Source: Heteronotia binoei (Eukaryota). From it: 64,000 nucleotides of DNA. Below are positions 1 through 11,658 of the stretch, in pieces; the first letter of the stretch is position 1; each line of letters opens with the position of its first letter. The position numbers and the translations under genes are program-made. The notes below the pieces were generated by a model, which worked only from the letters and a program-made list of their open reading frames with translations, was not told the origin of the DNA and searched no databases. The stretch spans positions 247,752,001-247,816,000 of the forward strand of contig NC_083223.1 of NCBI RefSeq assembly GCF_032191835.1. The letters are read 5' to 3'.

Positions 1-637
1 TCATCTCAAATCCTCCCTCCAAGTTAATGAAGCATGTGAAGAGAAACAAAGTGACCCAGTCTCTTCAGAGCAGCAGGGGATTTTTTAGCCCCTCAGAGAT
101 CATCTGACAAGGTGCTTTGGTGGCCTACGGTCTCCACAGATGTGGCTGCTCTCCCAAGCATTACACTGCTGGAAGCTTTTGGCAGGAAAGTCCCTTGACG
201 CAAGCCTGGGAAACATTCTGCGCCTGCAGCAGAAGCAGATACTTCCTCCCTCCACTTTTAGATAGATGGCGATACTGTAGTTGCCAAATGACAATGGAAG
301 GCGCTCTGTGCATGCTCAGTGGCACTTTAATCTTTATGAGAATCATTTCTCCACACAGACCACTGAGATCTGGCCAAAAGGCCAACTAGATCTCATCTGT
401 TACCGGAGTCCCCCTTTCCTCTCCTCCAACATGAGATTAAGACCTGAGCTCTCTCCACCATGGCCCGACTTCTGCAGAACTCTGTCATCAGTGAAGTCCA
501 TAAGATCCCAACACTTTTAGCCTGTAGAAAAATGGATCAAACCTTCCTCTCTTGTTTGATAAACTCCCATGCTGGCAAGAGCCTTCTTATGAAAAGGCAA
601 AGGCCTGCCAATAGGGAGATGCAAATATACTTTCAGT

Positions 638-821
638 GGGGACTTTTTTTTTGTAGCAGGAACTCCTTTGCATATAAGGTCACACCTCCCTGGTGTAGCC
701 AATCCTCCAAGAGTTTACAGAACTCTCAGTACAGGACCTACTGTAAGCTCCAGGAGGATTGGCTACATCAGGGGTGTGTGGCCTAATATGCAAAGGAGTT
801 CCTGTTACAAAAAAAGCTCTG
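638..821. mobile_element. Fold-back non-autonomous hAT-type MITE (CAGGGCTTTTT-type termini)
   Basis: Near-perfect ~180-bp palindrome; 8-bp target duplication ctttcagt at 630-637 and 822-829. Further copies at 35105-35282 and 41028-41209, related ones at 13173-13280 and 20095-20229. Confidence 0.8.
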
Positions 822-1067
822 CTTTCAGTCCTGGGGCATTATGACCCAACCAGAGGCACTGACATTTTCAAGGAAGACTTGGAACACCAGGATGCTAGTC
901 CCAAGCCGGGATGGTACTTCTAACAGCAATTTCTAGCGCCATTTTTTTTTCCAGTCAGGACAGAGCAGGGGCCTGGAAGAGTTTCCCAACAGCAATCCAT
1001 CTCTACCCACAGCAGTCTGGGGCTGTATCCCAACCCCCTTCCCTGCCACACCCCTCTGCACCCTCAC

Positions 1068-1234
1068 CAGCTACAATGTACATGGTGTGTCCATCGTCAC
1101 CCTCAGCTACAATTGTGTCTCCAGGTTGGTGCTCCTCCAGGGTGAAGCTCTCCACCAGCGGATGGCTCTGCCCATCACCCAAGCATCGCAGGAATTCGTT
1201 GCGTTTCACAGCTTCCAAGATTAGGTTGGCATCC
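1068..1234 (-). CDS. cGMP-dependent protein kinase-like gene, exon encoding start of cyclic-nucleotide-binding domain A (167 nt); gene continues left of the window
   Basis: ccccag|G acceptor, G|gtgagg donor. Translates (R)DANLILEAVKRNEFLRCLGDGQSHPLVESFTLEEHQPGDTIVAEGDDGHTMYIVA, which aligns by eye with PKG1 SKDLIKEAILDNDFMKNL...IIKEGDVGSLVYVME and PKG2 KLITDALNKNQFLKRL...IIKQGEPGNHIFVLA. The 167-nt, phase 2 to phase 1 structure matches my recollection of the equivalent PRKG exon. Confidence 0.92.
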
Positions 1235-1427
1235 CTGGGGGAAGGGAGTAGAGAGATGCCAGATGGGGCTGCAACCCTCCCCTCCCTTCCCTTCCCTGAC
1301 CACCTGCCTCCTCAGACTCACAAGCAGGGAGCGGAGGTCCAACTTCCACTCCTTCCCCACCTCAAGCATCACATTGCTGCAAATTCTGGGAAGAGGCACC
1401 CCGCATAGGCACATGGAGCCTGGTTAC

Positions 1428-1572
1428 CTGGGGGATTTGGGGATACATGGCACCTGCCAGTTGCCATCAGTCATAAGGGGCTCAGGGACGATCCCCTGCT
1501 CCCTGCTGCCCCTCCTGTCTTCCTCCACAGGCGACTGATCCGGGGTGCCCCTGGCATGTTCCAGATTCCCAT
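1428..1572 (-). CDS. PKG-like gene, exon with autoinhibitory/pseudosubstrate segment (145 nt)
   Basis: cttcgttacag| acceptor, AG|gtaacc donor. Open frame (D)GNLEHARGTPDQSPVEEDRRGSREQGIVPEPLMTDGNWQVPCIPKSP(R). RRGSREQGIVPEP parallels PKG1alpha PRTTRAQGISAEP, and the phase-2 end joins the 1068-1234 exon in frame. Confidence 0.85.
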
Positions 1573-2429
1573 CTGTAACGAAGAAAGGGGAGACAGGCTG
1601 TCACCCACAACATTCTCCCCCTCCAGCTCCCATTCCTCCACTGTTTACCCAGGCAGGTCCCCATTCTCTTCTGTTTCCTTCCCTCCCCAGCCTCTTTTCC
1701 CAATAATCTAAGCTTTCCATGCAGGCCAAAGAGATCCACTGGACGGCAATTAAGTGCCCGTCCGTTCCTTGCTGGGTGAGGGGATAGGAATGTCGAGGGC
1801 CGACCTGTCCTGCCTGTCTGAAAGAGGAAAGGATGGCTGCATCTCCCCCCCCCCCTTCCCCGCACAGCTGGGAGAAGACCTGCGGGCGGGCGATGCTTTT
1901 GTAATTGGAAAAGATGCTGTTCCCTTCGGCTGATCCCCGGCAGACCCGTTATTTGAGGCTGCCTGAGCTGCTGATAAGGAAAAGCACTTTGGCTGAAACC
2001 TGTTGATCTGATGCTGAAGTCGTCTGAGCACAGCAACTCCAGGGCAAAAGGCTTCGGATTTGCTGCTGCCCGCAGAGGAGAGTCGAGAAGTGCGCCAGGC
2101 ACTTTGCAAAAGAACAGAATAAGCCAGGGTCTCTACTCAACGCAGTTGATCAGCCCCCAAAAGCTGAGCTATTAACTGGGTGGGCAGAAGAAGTCAGAGG
2201 TGAGACTGGTGGGATTGAGGTAAGGTTGGTGGGATTGCGGGGGGGGGGGGGGGGGAGAAGGGGGGCAGCCCCATCTGGCCCCTGTGAGGCTCAATCCACA
2301 AGGAACTTCTCTTGCATGAGAAGGAACGTCCCAGAAAATTGCCAGGGGGTTCTGGACTGGGAAGGGGAGATTTCCCACTCCATCTGGGTCGAAGCCTGCA
2401 AATGGAGCCTGCCTGAGTTTCTGTTTCAA

Positions 2430-3300
2430 CCTGTTGAGCTTCTCCCTCTGTGTCAGAGGCAGGAGGCGAAGCCCTTTCCCTGGACCAGAAAGCCCAGGCG
2501 GCCTCAGTCTGCTCCAAAACGCCTCTGCTCAGAAGCCCTCCACTTCCAGCCCAGCCCCAGGGCCGATCTCGCGGTCGGGTGCTCTTACCGGGCTCCGTGA
2601 GCGCGACGCTCTCCAGAAACTCCCTCTCCTCCTGGAGGCGCAACTCGCGCAGTCGGACATCCATCTCTCCTTCAGCGGCTCCGCTGTCTGGAGTAGGCGA
2701 GGTGCAGCCGCGAGCCTGGCTTGCCTTTAGAGGCTGCAGGAAGGAGGCGGGGGCGGGGGGGGGGAGGAGAGAGAGGGGGAGAGAAAAGTGCTCAGTAGTT
2801 CAAGGATCCCAGGATCCCCGCCAGCCAGCCGAGCCTCAGCAGCGCCGTCAAAAAGACAGATGCCACCCCAGCCTCTTCGCGCCTCTCCAACCCAAAGGCA
2901 GCCCAACCCGATGGCATCATCAGAGCCTCCAGGGCCAGCGGCTGAGCGCAGCAGCCCCAGCGCCTTCTTATCCCACGCAGCTCGGGAGCCCCTCGGTGTG
3001 TCCCCCCCCTCCCCTCCCCTGCTCTGCCCGGGCAGGTCCTCCGGCTGGCATCACCTGGGAGCCCGCCTCTGAACTACTGCTGCAAAGTACCGCCGGTCCT
3101 CTCTGGGCTCGGCGCGCCCGATCCAGCTGCTGCCTCCCGAGCCGAGGGGCTTGCTGGCAAGTGAGTCACCCCGGCTTCTGGGGGTAGGGGAGGGAGGGCA
3201 GGTGGGCGTGCCCACATCCCCGCAAGAGGCTTGGGCATGGCTGATGTTGAGCTCCCTGCCCTTGGCGCTCCACCGCCAAACATGATGCCAATGTGTTACT
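2430..3300. promoter_or_regulatory. CpG/GC-rich island at the 5' end of the PKG-like gene
   Basis: Visibly high CpG and GC density relative to the flanks; boundaries approximate. Confidence 0.55.
2589..2733 (-). CDS. PKG-like gene, probable upstream exon (145 nt; contains a possible start ATG at 2664)
   Basis: Long polypyrimidine tract + cctgcag| acceptor and strong G|gtaaga donor. Open frame PLKASQARGCTSPTPDSGAAEGEMDVRLRELRLQEEREFLESVALTEP. The phase-1 end is compatible with exon 1428-1572. No recognisable homology, so the support is splice-signal based. Confidence 0.6.
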
Positions 3301-5411
3301 AGGCAACCAGCCCTTCCAATGCATTTCAGTCACTCCGAGGATTTTCCCACAACAGGCATCAGCGTGGTGCATGGTGGTGGTGGTGGGGAAAGTATCCCCT
3401 GAGGGATAAAAACAATCAACGGGGCCTTTGGGGGCTGGAGGGGACCATCGGTCCTGGTCCCTGAGCATTGCCTGGGATTGGGGAGGTACGGGGGTGGGGG
3501 TGGGGAGGCTGGTGGATCAAACTCCATCCGCCTTTCAATGGCACATTCTTGAAATAAGAAGCCAGCTCCTGGGATGAGGGGGAGAGGGGCAGGTTAGACA
3601 GGCCAGAGCAAGACCCAGCTATTGAATTTCTTCTGCATTCAGCCAGGCTTGCTCTGAAAACATCCAGGCGCACAAACAAAGAAGCAAAAAAAAGGTCCCA
3701 AGGGATGCTCTGTTGGAGATAAAGCGGCACCTGTATTTGAATATATCTACATATTTTGCAGACTGCTTTATGCACCTCTCTGTCCTGTGGTACCTATTGT
3801 CCGCAAACAAAGAGAGCCAGCAATACCTTCAGGAGTGGGGAGGGCTGACTCCAAGTGAGGGCAAAAAAACCCTTCTCCAACCCCAGCCTCTGTTTTCAGC
3901 GCCTCAACTCAGCTTAGTTAAGGCAATCTAAAAATCTGGTCAAGGAAAACAAATAACACAAGGTGGCAGAAACACACAAGAAGACAGTGCCTCTGAGCAT
4001 GTGCAGAGGGACCTTTGCTTCCCCAATGAAGCACCGCAGCCAATTTCCATGGATTGAGGGTTGAGGGGGGTGGGATTTTCCAGTCTCATGAGCAGGGAGG
4101 TTTGGTTAAGCATTGGCACTTCCGGTTAGAAAATGAGCCCATGGGGTCAGACCAAATATCCAATTACTTCTGATTAGTCTTGGGCGATGCGTAAGCAACT
4201 CCCAGACAACTGAGCCTGCCTTTCCTGTCTCCTTGTAATTGTACAAGGAACTATTCTGGAGAAAATGCTCCCCTTTCTTTCTGGGCAATGCCAGGTCAGG
4301 ACGTTTTGCAGCTCCAGATGCCCTGACATCCGATCAGAGAGATGGATGCAACTTCAGGATCTTCTGCAACAGGATGAGGCATCTTCGCCAGCACCTTTTG
4401 GTCCATACCTGGCTGTCTCAAGGGTGCCCTAAGCAACTGCTTGGGTTGCTTGTACTGATGGGCTGACTGAGTGGTATGGAAGGCTTGACGCTTGTCACAT
4501 ACACATATCAATGATTTACATACCTGCAGTTTTGACACTTCAACACACCTAACCCTAAACTTTCAGGGTGGGGAAATCAAAATAAAAATCTGATAACATC
4601 CGTGCAGGTGAACAGAGCTGCATTCTGAAAATGCATGGTCAGATATCCTCCACCCAAAAGAGCAGGGCTGGAAAAGCTTTGTTCCCCCCATCTAAGGTGC
4701 ATGGTTGTAATGATCACACATACTCACAGATAGTCACAATGCCCTCTGCACTTGCTCTCGGTATTCTTCTGTCTAGTCCACATATTTCAGGGCTGAGCCC
4801 TGGCATCAAAGAGAAGTTGCAGGCTGAGTTTCCTCTCAAATTAAGCTCTGTACTCTCCCACAGATACACAGACATTCAGGAACTGTCGTGCCCATCTGCA
4901 ACATATACAAAAATGTAGCAGCACTGGCTAAAAAAAGACACAGAAGCAGCAAAGCGACACAGGGATACCCTAACATCTGCGCATAGCAATGTTCCTAGAT
5001 AACGGCATGGGAAAAACCCCAAGATTTCTCCATCATCATCTTCCGCTAGGAAATGGAATGCATGTGATCCAGATTCAAGACGTGGGTTGCAACATGCCTT
5101 CTCTGCACATCTGCATCCATTGAATTGGCAGATAAATTCCATGCACCCTCCTGCTGTGACTATCCCATCCTTAACTAGACACCCCCACAAATGCCTTGTC
5201 ATCCTCCCCTGAAGACCAACCTGTCCCTTGGAGAGTTCCATTTCAGCTCCCGGTGGAAACCCGGAGTCCTGTGAGTGCTGCTTGCCACGCCTTATCTGGC
5301 AGTTACACATTAATCCTGGTGCTGTGTGTTGTCCTCCTCCCAGCTGCCCTTCCCCCTCCAGCAGATGCATAGAATCATAGAAACGGACTCTATGTGTTCC
5401 CAGAGGCAATC

Positions 5412-5929
5412 TAGAATCATAGAGTTGGAAGGGACCTCTAGGGTCATCTAGTCCAACCCCCTGCACAATGCAGGAAACTCACAAACACCTCCTCCTAAAT
5501 TCACAGGATCTTCATTGCTGTCAGATAGCCATCCAACCTCTGTTTAAAAACCTCCAAGGAAGGAGAGCCCACCACCTCCCGAGGAAGCCTGTTCCACTGA
5601 GGAATCGCTCTAACAGTCAGGATGTTCTTCCTAATGTTGAGCCGGAAACTCTTTTGATTTAATTTCAACCCATTGGTTCTGCTCCTACCTTCTGGGGCCA
5701 CAGAAAACAATTCCACATCATCTTCTACATCAGGGGTGGCCAACAGTAGCTCTCCAGATGTTTTCTGCCTACAACTCCCATCAGCCCCAGCCATTGGCCA
5801 TGCTGGCTGGGGCTGATGGGAGTTGTAGGCAAAAACATCTGGAGAGCTAGCGTTGGCCACCTCTGCTCTACATGACAGCCCTTCAAGTACTTGAAGATGG
5901 TGATCATATCACCTCTCAGCTGCCTCCTC
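5412..5929 (-). mobile_element. CR1 LINE 3' fragment, interrupted by a MITE
   Basis: CR1 tail (tagaatcatagagttggaaggg = reverse of ATTCTATG repeats). Antisense ORF ...[44 protein letters not shown], typical of the CR1 ORF2 C-terminus. Confidence 0.9.
5731..5865. mobile_element. 135-bp hairpin hAT MITE (CAGGGGTGGCCAAC termini) nested in CR1
   Basis: Terminal inverted repeats and internal palindrome; TSD ttctacat/ctctacat. Absent from the otherwise matching CR1 copy at ~38780. Confidence 0.85.
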
Positions 5930-6704
5930 TTTGCATATTCCCAAATTTCTTACATATTCCAAAGCGACAGACACTGGAAATTAGCTTGCACATCAGGACT
6001 GAACCTCTAGGTTCAAAGCTAAATCTGCAGGCAAATAAAGACCTGGTTAAACTCCAGATTTCCTGTTCAGCTTGACCCACCACCTGCAGCTTAGAGACCA
6101 GTACCTGCCAAGCGGTACCCAAAAAATTCCTTGACTGATCTGCATGCCCTTTGATTTCCCCTCTTTAAACTGTCTGTTTTTACACTTCAGACTATAAGCC
6201 TTCAGGAGCAGTCTGTTTTACTGTCTAGCACCTAGCAACTGCAGGCCTTTTATAAAGAATAAATACATTTTGAAACAACAGCAATAATAATAATGCCACG
6301 AGGAACAAGGCAAGTCTGATTATACTCCAAGTGGTGTATCTGTGAAGCTTTGCTGTAGAAGAGACAGAGTGGCCGAGTGGACAGATTGGGAAGGCCCAGA
6401 TTTAAATCTATAAAACTGTTATACATACTGAATGGCTCTGGGGAGGTAGATGGTGGAACCATTAGATTCTGCCATGGTTTCCACCCCCAAGCACTGTTGT
6501 CCTTAGGGTCTGCCCCCAAATTTCCAGGAACTTCCCAGCCCTGTAGTTGGCAGTCCTAAGGTCCATACCATTTGCTCCAAGTTCCTTGGAGCAAGGATGA
6601 TGTGTGGCGCAAGGAGAGGATGTGTCCTCATGACACCCCCTGGTCTGTGGGGTTCCTCAAGGGGCACTCCTCTCCCCAATGTTGTTCAACATCTATTTGC
6701 GTCC

Positions 6705-7400
6705 CCTTGCCCAGCTGGCATGGAGTTTTGGGCTAGGGCATCATCAATATGCAGATGATAGCTGTATTTGCTGTTGGGCAACCCTTCCTCCTCGATCCCG
6801 TCATCTTTGGCTGTGGGTTTGGAGGCCCTAGTGGGCTGGCTGAAGCAGAATAGGCTGAAATTGAACCCAAAGACTGAAGTTCTGTGGCCGGGGGGGACCA
6901 GGGTTGGAGCAAGAGCGTCGATTGCCTGCTCTTGACAGGGCATCTTTAACACCGGCACCAACAGTCAAGAGCTTGGGAGTGACCCTGGATGCTTCTCTTT
7001 CAACGGAGGCCAGGTCACACATATGGCTAAAACAGCATTCTTTCATCTACGCCAAGCTAGGCAACTAGCTCCCCTCCTGCCTCGTACGTACCTAGCCATG
7101 GTAATCCATGCAATGGTCACCTCCAGGCTAGATTACTGTGACTCGCTCTACGCTGGCTACCCTTGACTTTAACCTGGAAACTCCAAAGGGTCCAGAATGC
7201 AGCAGTGCGAGTCCTGACAGGAACACCATGGACAGCACACATTCTACCTGTGCTGCGCCAGCTACACTGGCTTCCGGTTGAGTACCAAGTTAAGATTCAA
7301 GGTTTTGGTTATAACCTTTAAGGCCTTGAGCAGTCTGGGACTGACGTATCTATGGAACCGCCTCCTCCACTATGTCCCTGGAAGAGCACTACGCTCTTTA
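6705..7400 (+). mobile_element. Decayed L2-clade LINE reverse-transcriptase fragment
   Basis: HQYADD motif at ~6743-6760, then LVTSRLDYC and QLHWLPVEY motifs, in shifting frames. Confidence 0.8.
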
Positions 7401-7929
7401 GAGGTCCATCAGTGGCAATTAGCCACAGTGTGTGTGTGTGTATGGCCACTGTGTGACACAGAGTGTTGGACTGGATGGGCCATTGGCCTGATCCAACATG
7501 GCTTCTCTTATGTTCTTACTGTTCGAAATCTACTGGCGATCCCCAGCCCCTGGCTGTCCTCATCTCTGGTACGAGGCTTTGGAATGGTCTTCTCCTCTCC
7601 CCAATGACAGCAAGGACAGCAGGTCTAATTCAAAGCCGCCCACCCACCACAATTGCCTAGCATGAAGGCACAGTATTATTGCCCAATGTGGAAACTGAGG
7701 CACTGGGTATGGTGACTGTGAGTTGAAAGAGAGGACTGTTAATTATGAGTCACAACTATTAACAGGAAGTCAACAGCACCCTGAAAACCTGCTCTAGAAT
7801 GTATGCTTGTCCACGGAAGAACACTTTCGCTTTCCACCGCAAAACTCCAGGAACAACTGAGGCAAGTTTTGGGGTGCCCACAGATTCAGCCTTTCTACAG
7901 TATGAGACTGTAACGCTTCTTTGTTATTT

Positions 7930-9322
7930 CACTTATGGGTTCTGTAAAGGAAAATCTTGTCTCACTAACCTGTTAGAGTTCTTTGAGCGGGTGAAGAAAC
8001 ATGTGGGCAAGGGGGACCCAATAGATGTTGTTTACCGTAACTTCCAGAAAGCTTTTGATAAAGTTCCTCATCAAAGGCTCGTAAGTAAGCTCAATAGTCA
8101 TGAGGTAAAAGGACAAGTCCTCTTGTGGATCAAAAACTGGCTAATTAACAGGAAACAGAGAGTATGAATGGGCAATTTTCACAGTGGAGGGTGGTAAGCA
8201 GTGGGGTACAGCAGGGCTCAGTACTGGGTCCGATGCTTTTTAACTCGATTTGGAGTTGGGAGTAAGCAATGAAGTGGCTAAGTTTGCGGATAACACTACA
8301 TTGTTCAGAGTGGTGAGAACCAGAGAGGATTGTGAGGCACTCCAAAGGGATCTGTGGAGGCTGGGCGAGTGGGCATCAACATGGCAAATGAGGCTTAACC
8401 TGGCCAAGTGCAAAGTAATACACAAAATCCTGGCTATAAATACAAGTTGATAGGGTCTGAACTGGCAGAGACTGACCAAAAGAGAGATCTGATCAAGAGA
8501 GAATCATAGTATTTAACTCACTGAAAATGTCGAGCCAGCATGTGGCTGCAATTAAAAAGGCCAACACTATGCTGGGGATTATTAGGAAGAGAATTGAAAA
8601 CAAATCAGCCAGTATCATAATGCCCCTGTATATATTGATGGTGCAGCCTCATTTGCAGTACTGTGTACAATTCTGGTCACCACACCTCAGAAAAGATATT
8701 ATAGCATTGGAAAAGGTGCAGAAAAGGGCAACTAGAATGATTAAAGGGTTGGAACACTTTCCCTTTGAAGAAAGGTTAAAGCACTTGGGGCTCTTTAGCT
8801 TGGAGAAATGTCAACTGAGGGGTGACATGATTGGGGTTTACAAGATTATGCATGGGATAGAGAAGGTGGAGGAAAAAGTACTTTTCTCCCTTTCTCATAA
8901 TACAAGAACTCCTGGGCACTCCATGAAATTGCTGAGCAGTTGGATTAGAACAGATAAAAGGAAGTACCTACTTCTTCACCCAAAGGGTGATAAACACATG
9001 GAATTCACTGGAATGGAGTTCACTGCCATAGGAGGTGGTGGCAACTACATGCACAGATGGATTCAAGAGGGGATTGGATAAACATATGGGGCAGAGGTCC
9101 ATCCGTTGCTGTTACCCACAAGATATAGATGGAACTCTCTGACTGGGGCAAGTGATGCTCTGTATTCTTGGTGCTTGGGAGGGCTTCAAGTGTCCTGCCC
9201 CCACTGGTGGACCTTCTGATGGCACTGATTATTATTTTTTTTGCCACTGTGTGACACAGAGTGTTGGACTGGATGGGCCATTGGCCTGATCCAACATGGC
9301 TTCTCTTATATTCTTATGTTCT
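7930..9322 (+). mobile_element. 5'-truncated CR1 LINE (RT domain, C-terminus, 3' UTR), frameshifted
   Basis: ORFs 7799-8167 (GKSCLTNLLEFFE...DVVY.NFQKAFDKVPH), 8250-8450 (degenerate FADN) and 8527-9081 (PHLQYCVQFWSPHLRKD) are CR1 ORF2 pieces. Ends in the ggcctgatccaacatggcttctcttat(gttcttat) tail, which also occurs at ~7445-7520, 15537-15830 (-), 40570-40793 and 59130-59340. Confidence 0.9.
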
Positions 9323-10255
9323 TATCTATCTTCCTCAGTGAGACTCAAAGTGAATGACAAAATTATAAGAGAGTACAATAAAGACCTGCATAATACATAC
9401 AGCAAACAAAGGAAGAAAATTGGATAATACAATTAGAGAAAAGAGAAATAAAAACAGCATAAAGCATCCAATAAATTGGATCACATAATTAAAGAACAAT
9501 TAAATAAAGATGCCATAAAATAGCCAATAAAAAGGCAATTTAAGGCAGGAAGGGAACTGGGAGAATTTTTTAAAAAATATTTTATTCGACACTAAAAAGT
9601 AATTTTTTTTCTTCTAAAAGAAATTAAAACATTTCCAGAGGCCCCTAAAAGGATCATGGGCCCTAGCCTCCTAGGTGCCTACTGTGCTCCTCAGGCAAGC
9701 CATTCCACCAGAAAGGAGCCACCACAGAAATGAAGCTAGAGCTTAAATCCCAAAGAAAAGTCTAATCCTGCACAGAGAACAGTCTGGATGGAGAAAGAGG
9801 AGCCCATCTGCTTGTCAGACAGCCATTACCACAGGGAGATGAGTCACATGACAGCCCAGAGTCAGACTTTCCAAGGCCCTCAGTCTTCCCTGAGGCAATC
9901 TTGGAGCAACAGGACTCCGGCAGTTCTACTGTCCGCAAGCTGCAGATGTTGTTATGAGGGAAAGTGCAAGAAACTATTCAGTTCCCTTCTAGGGTTGCCT
10001 TGTCACCTCTGGCCACTGGTGGGGTGGAATGTGGGTAGTGTTGCCAAATCCAGGCTGGGAAACTCCTAGAGATTTGAGGATGGAGCCTGGGGAGGACAGG
10101 GACCTCAGTAGGGTACAATGCCACAGAGTCCACCCTCCAATGCATCCATTTTCTCCAGGGGAGCTGATCTCTGTAGTCTGGAGAAGAACTGTAATTCCAG
10201 GGGATCCTGGAGATGAGCTGTAATTCCACCCGGAGGCTGGTATCTCTATTTCTAC

Positions 10256-10296
<41 letters not shown>
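10256..10296. repeat. Compound (TG)n(GA)n microsatellite
   Basis: Directly visible dinucleotide runs. Confidence 0.95.
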
Positions 10297-11658
10297 AATA
10301 GAGAGTTATACATACACAATGTATATGTAAGTCTGTCTAAGATTCTGTTGGGGGTATGGGTTTAGTATCTTGTGAGCATAATTCTGCACATATTGTATAT
10401 TTTATAATTAAACAAAAACAGAGAACTGGTAAATGCAATGAATACACACTTCCCCCAGTTTCTTTCCACCTTTCCTTCCTCTGGCCTCCTTACAGCAAAT
10501 TTTAGATTGTAAATTGCATGGGGCAGAGTACTTTCTTCTAGCATGTTATCAAGCACCATGCACTAAGACAGCACTGTGTGAAAAATAAAAATAATTAAAT
10601 AAAACATAAAGCCATATACATTCACTATAAAGGAAAGAGTCGTTCATTGTTTTTTAGAATCTGTGTAATTTGTCTAGGGTTTTTTTGTGTAATTCCCCTT
10701 TAGACCAAGTGAGAAAGGCATAGAATATAAATAAAAATAAATAAGAATCTTACTTTGATACTCATGTTAATATTCTTGCTTAGTGCCCTTTTGGAAACAT
10801 AAGTTTTTCATTATCAGAACAGATGAAGAAAGTCTCAGAGAACATTTTGGATACTGGATTTTAAAAAATGGTTTTCAAAGTCTCTCTGCTCTTTACCTAT
10901 AACAAAGTGGGAAAGCTTATCCTCATATCTGCAGGAATGTCCATCTGCCTCTCTCCCTCTCCCACCCTATAAGCAAGGAGAAGGGGGTCTGGTTTACCAT
11001 TAAGGGAAGCAGTGTAGCATGCAGACAGAATCACCCCGTGGAGCACAATCTGCTGGGTAGCACTACTACCCGCATCCGGTTGAAATTACCAGGGATTTCA
11101 CAAGCCCACTTGTTCTAGTGATTCTTGTGCAGGAGAAACAGATTGTGACTTGTTAGTGTGTGTGTGTGTATGTGGTGTGTGCTCTTTGGATTTTCTGCCT
11201 CAAGTACCAAAACATCAATAGCTGACCTATATGCTTAAACACATGTGCATGCATGCATGCATTCATTCATGCACACATAATAAACACACCACGCGTCTAT
11301 TCCTCAGATCACAAGAGACCCCATGTTTGTCTCTTGAATCCTTTTTTATAGCCTAGATCAAAGCTCCGTTTCTTATGAAAAGTTAATTAAAAAAACCAAA
11401 CCAGCTGTTCCTTCACCCTTCCTCCCACATTCTTTCCCCAACCTGTCTCAGCTCAACCAACGTGATGACAGCTGGCAAACTTTATCAAACAGTCAGTGAG
11501 ACTTTGGCCCTTTCTCTCTCTCTCTCCCCACCCAACCAATGGCAAGTGCCATTTGTTTAAATGGGATCTGTGTGCCTCCTTGTGTAAATTACAGTGTGGA
11601 TGGGGCTGGGTGGGAACAGTTTTAGCCTCCACTTTGCTTTTGACATGTGGCCATTAAA

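Noticed and set aside
100-1000. ORFs and a possible exon (~400-522) downstream of the PKG-like cNMP exon
   Set aside because: No GELA(I/L)LY phosphate-binding-cassette motif in any frame; the expected next exon is not visible and probably lies left of the window.
1482-2109. 206-aa and 119-aa minus-strand ORFs, including LRRLQHQINRFQ resembling a zipper end
   Set aside because: No ATG or phase-compatible splice path for the zipper-like frame. The other frame gives only a weak-donor 222-nt candidate, mentioned as a hypothesis and not called as a feature.
2239-2255. G17 homopolymer as a G-quadruplex regulatory element
   Set aside because: Could form G4, but homopolymer length is error-prone and nothing else supports function.
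2450-3187. 245-aa plus-strand ORF with a donor-like gtgagt at 3161
   Set aside because: Low-complexity GC-rich shadow ORF in a CpG island, with no recognisable homology.
4876-5466. 196-aa minus-strand ORF
   Set aside because: Starts in a CR1 tail; no domain motif; nearby splice-like sites give closed frames.
7799-9081. RT-like ORFs as a functional gene
   Set aside because: Frameshifted, 5'-truncated CR1 with a degenerate YADD motif.
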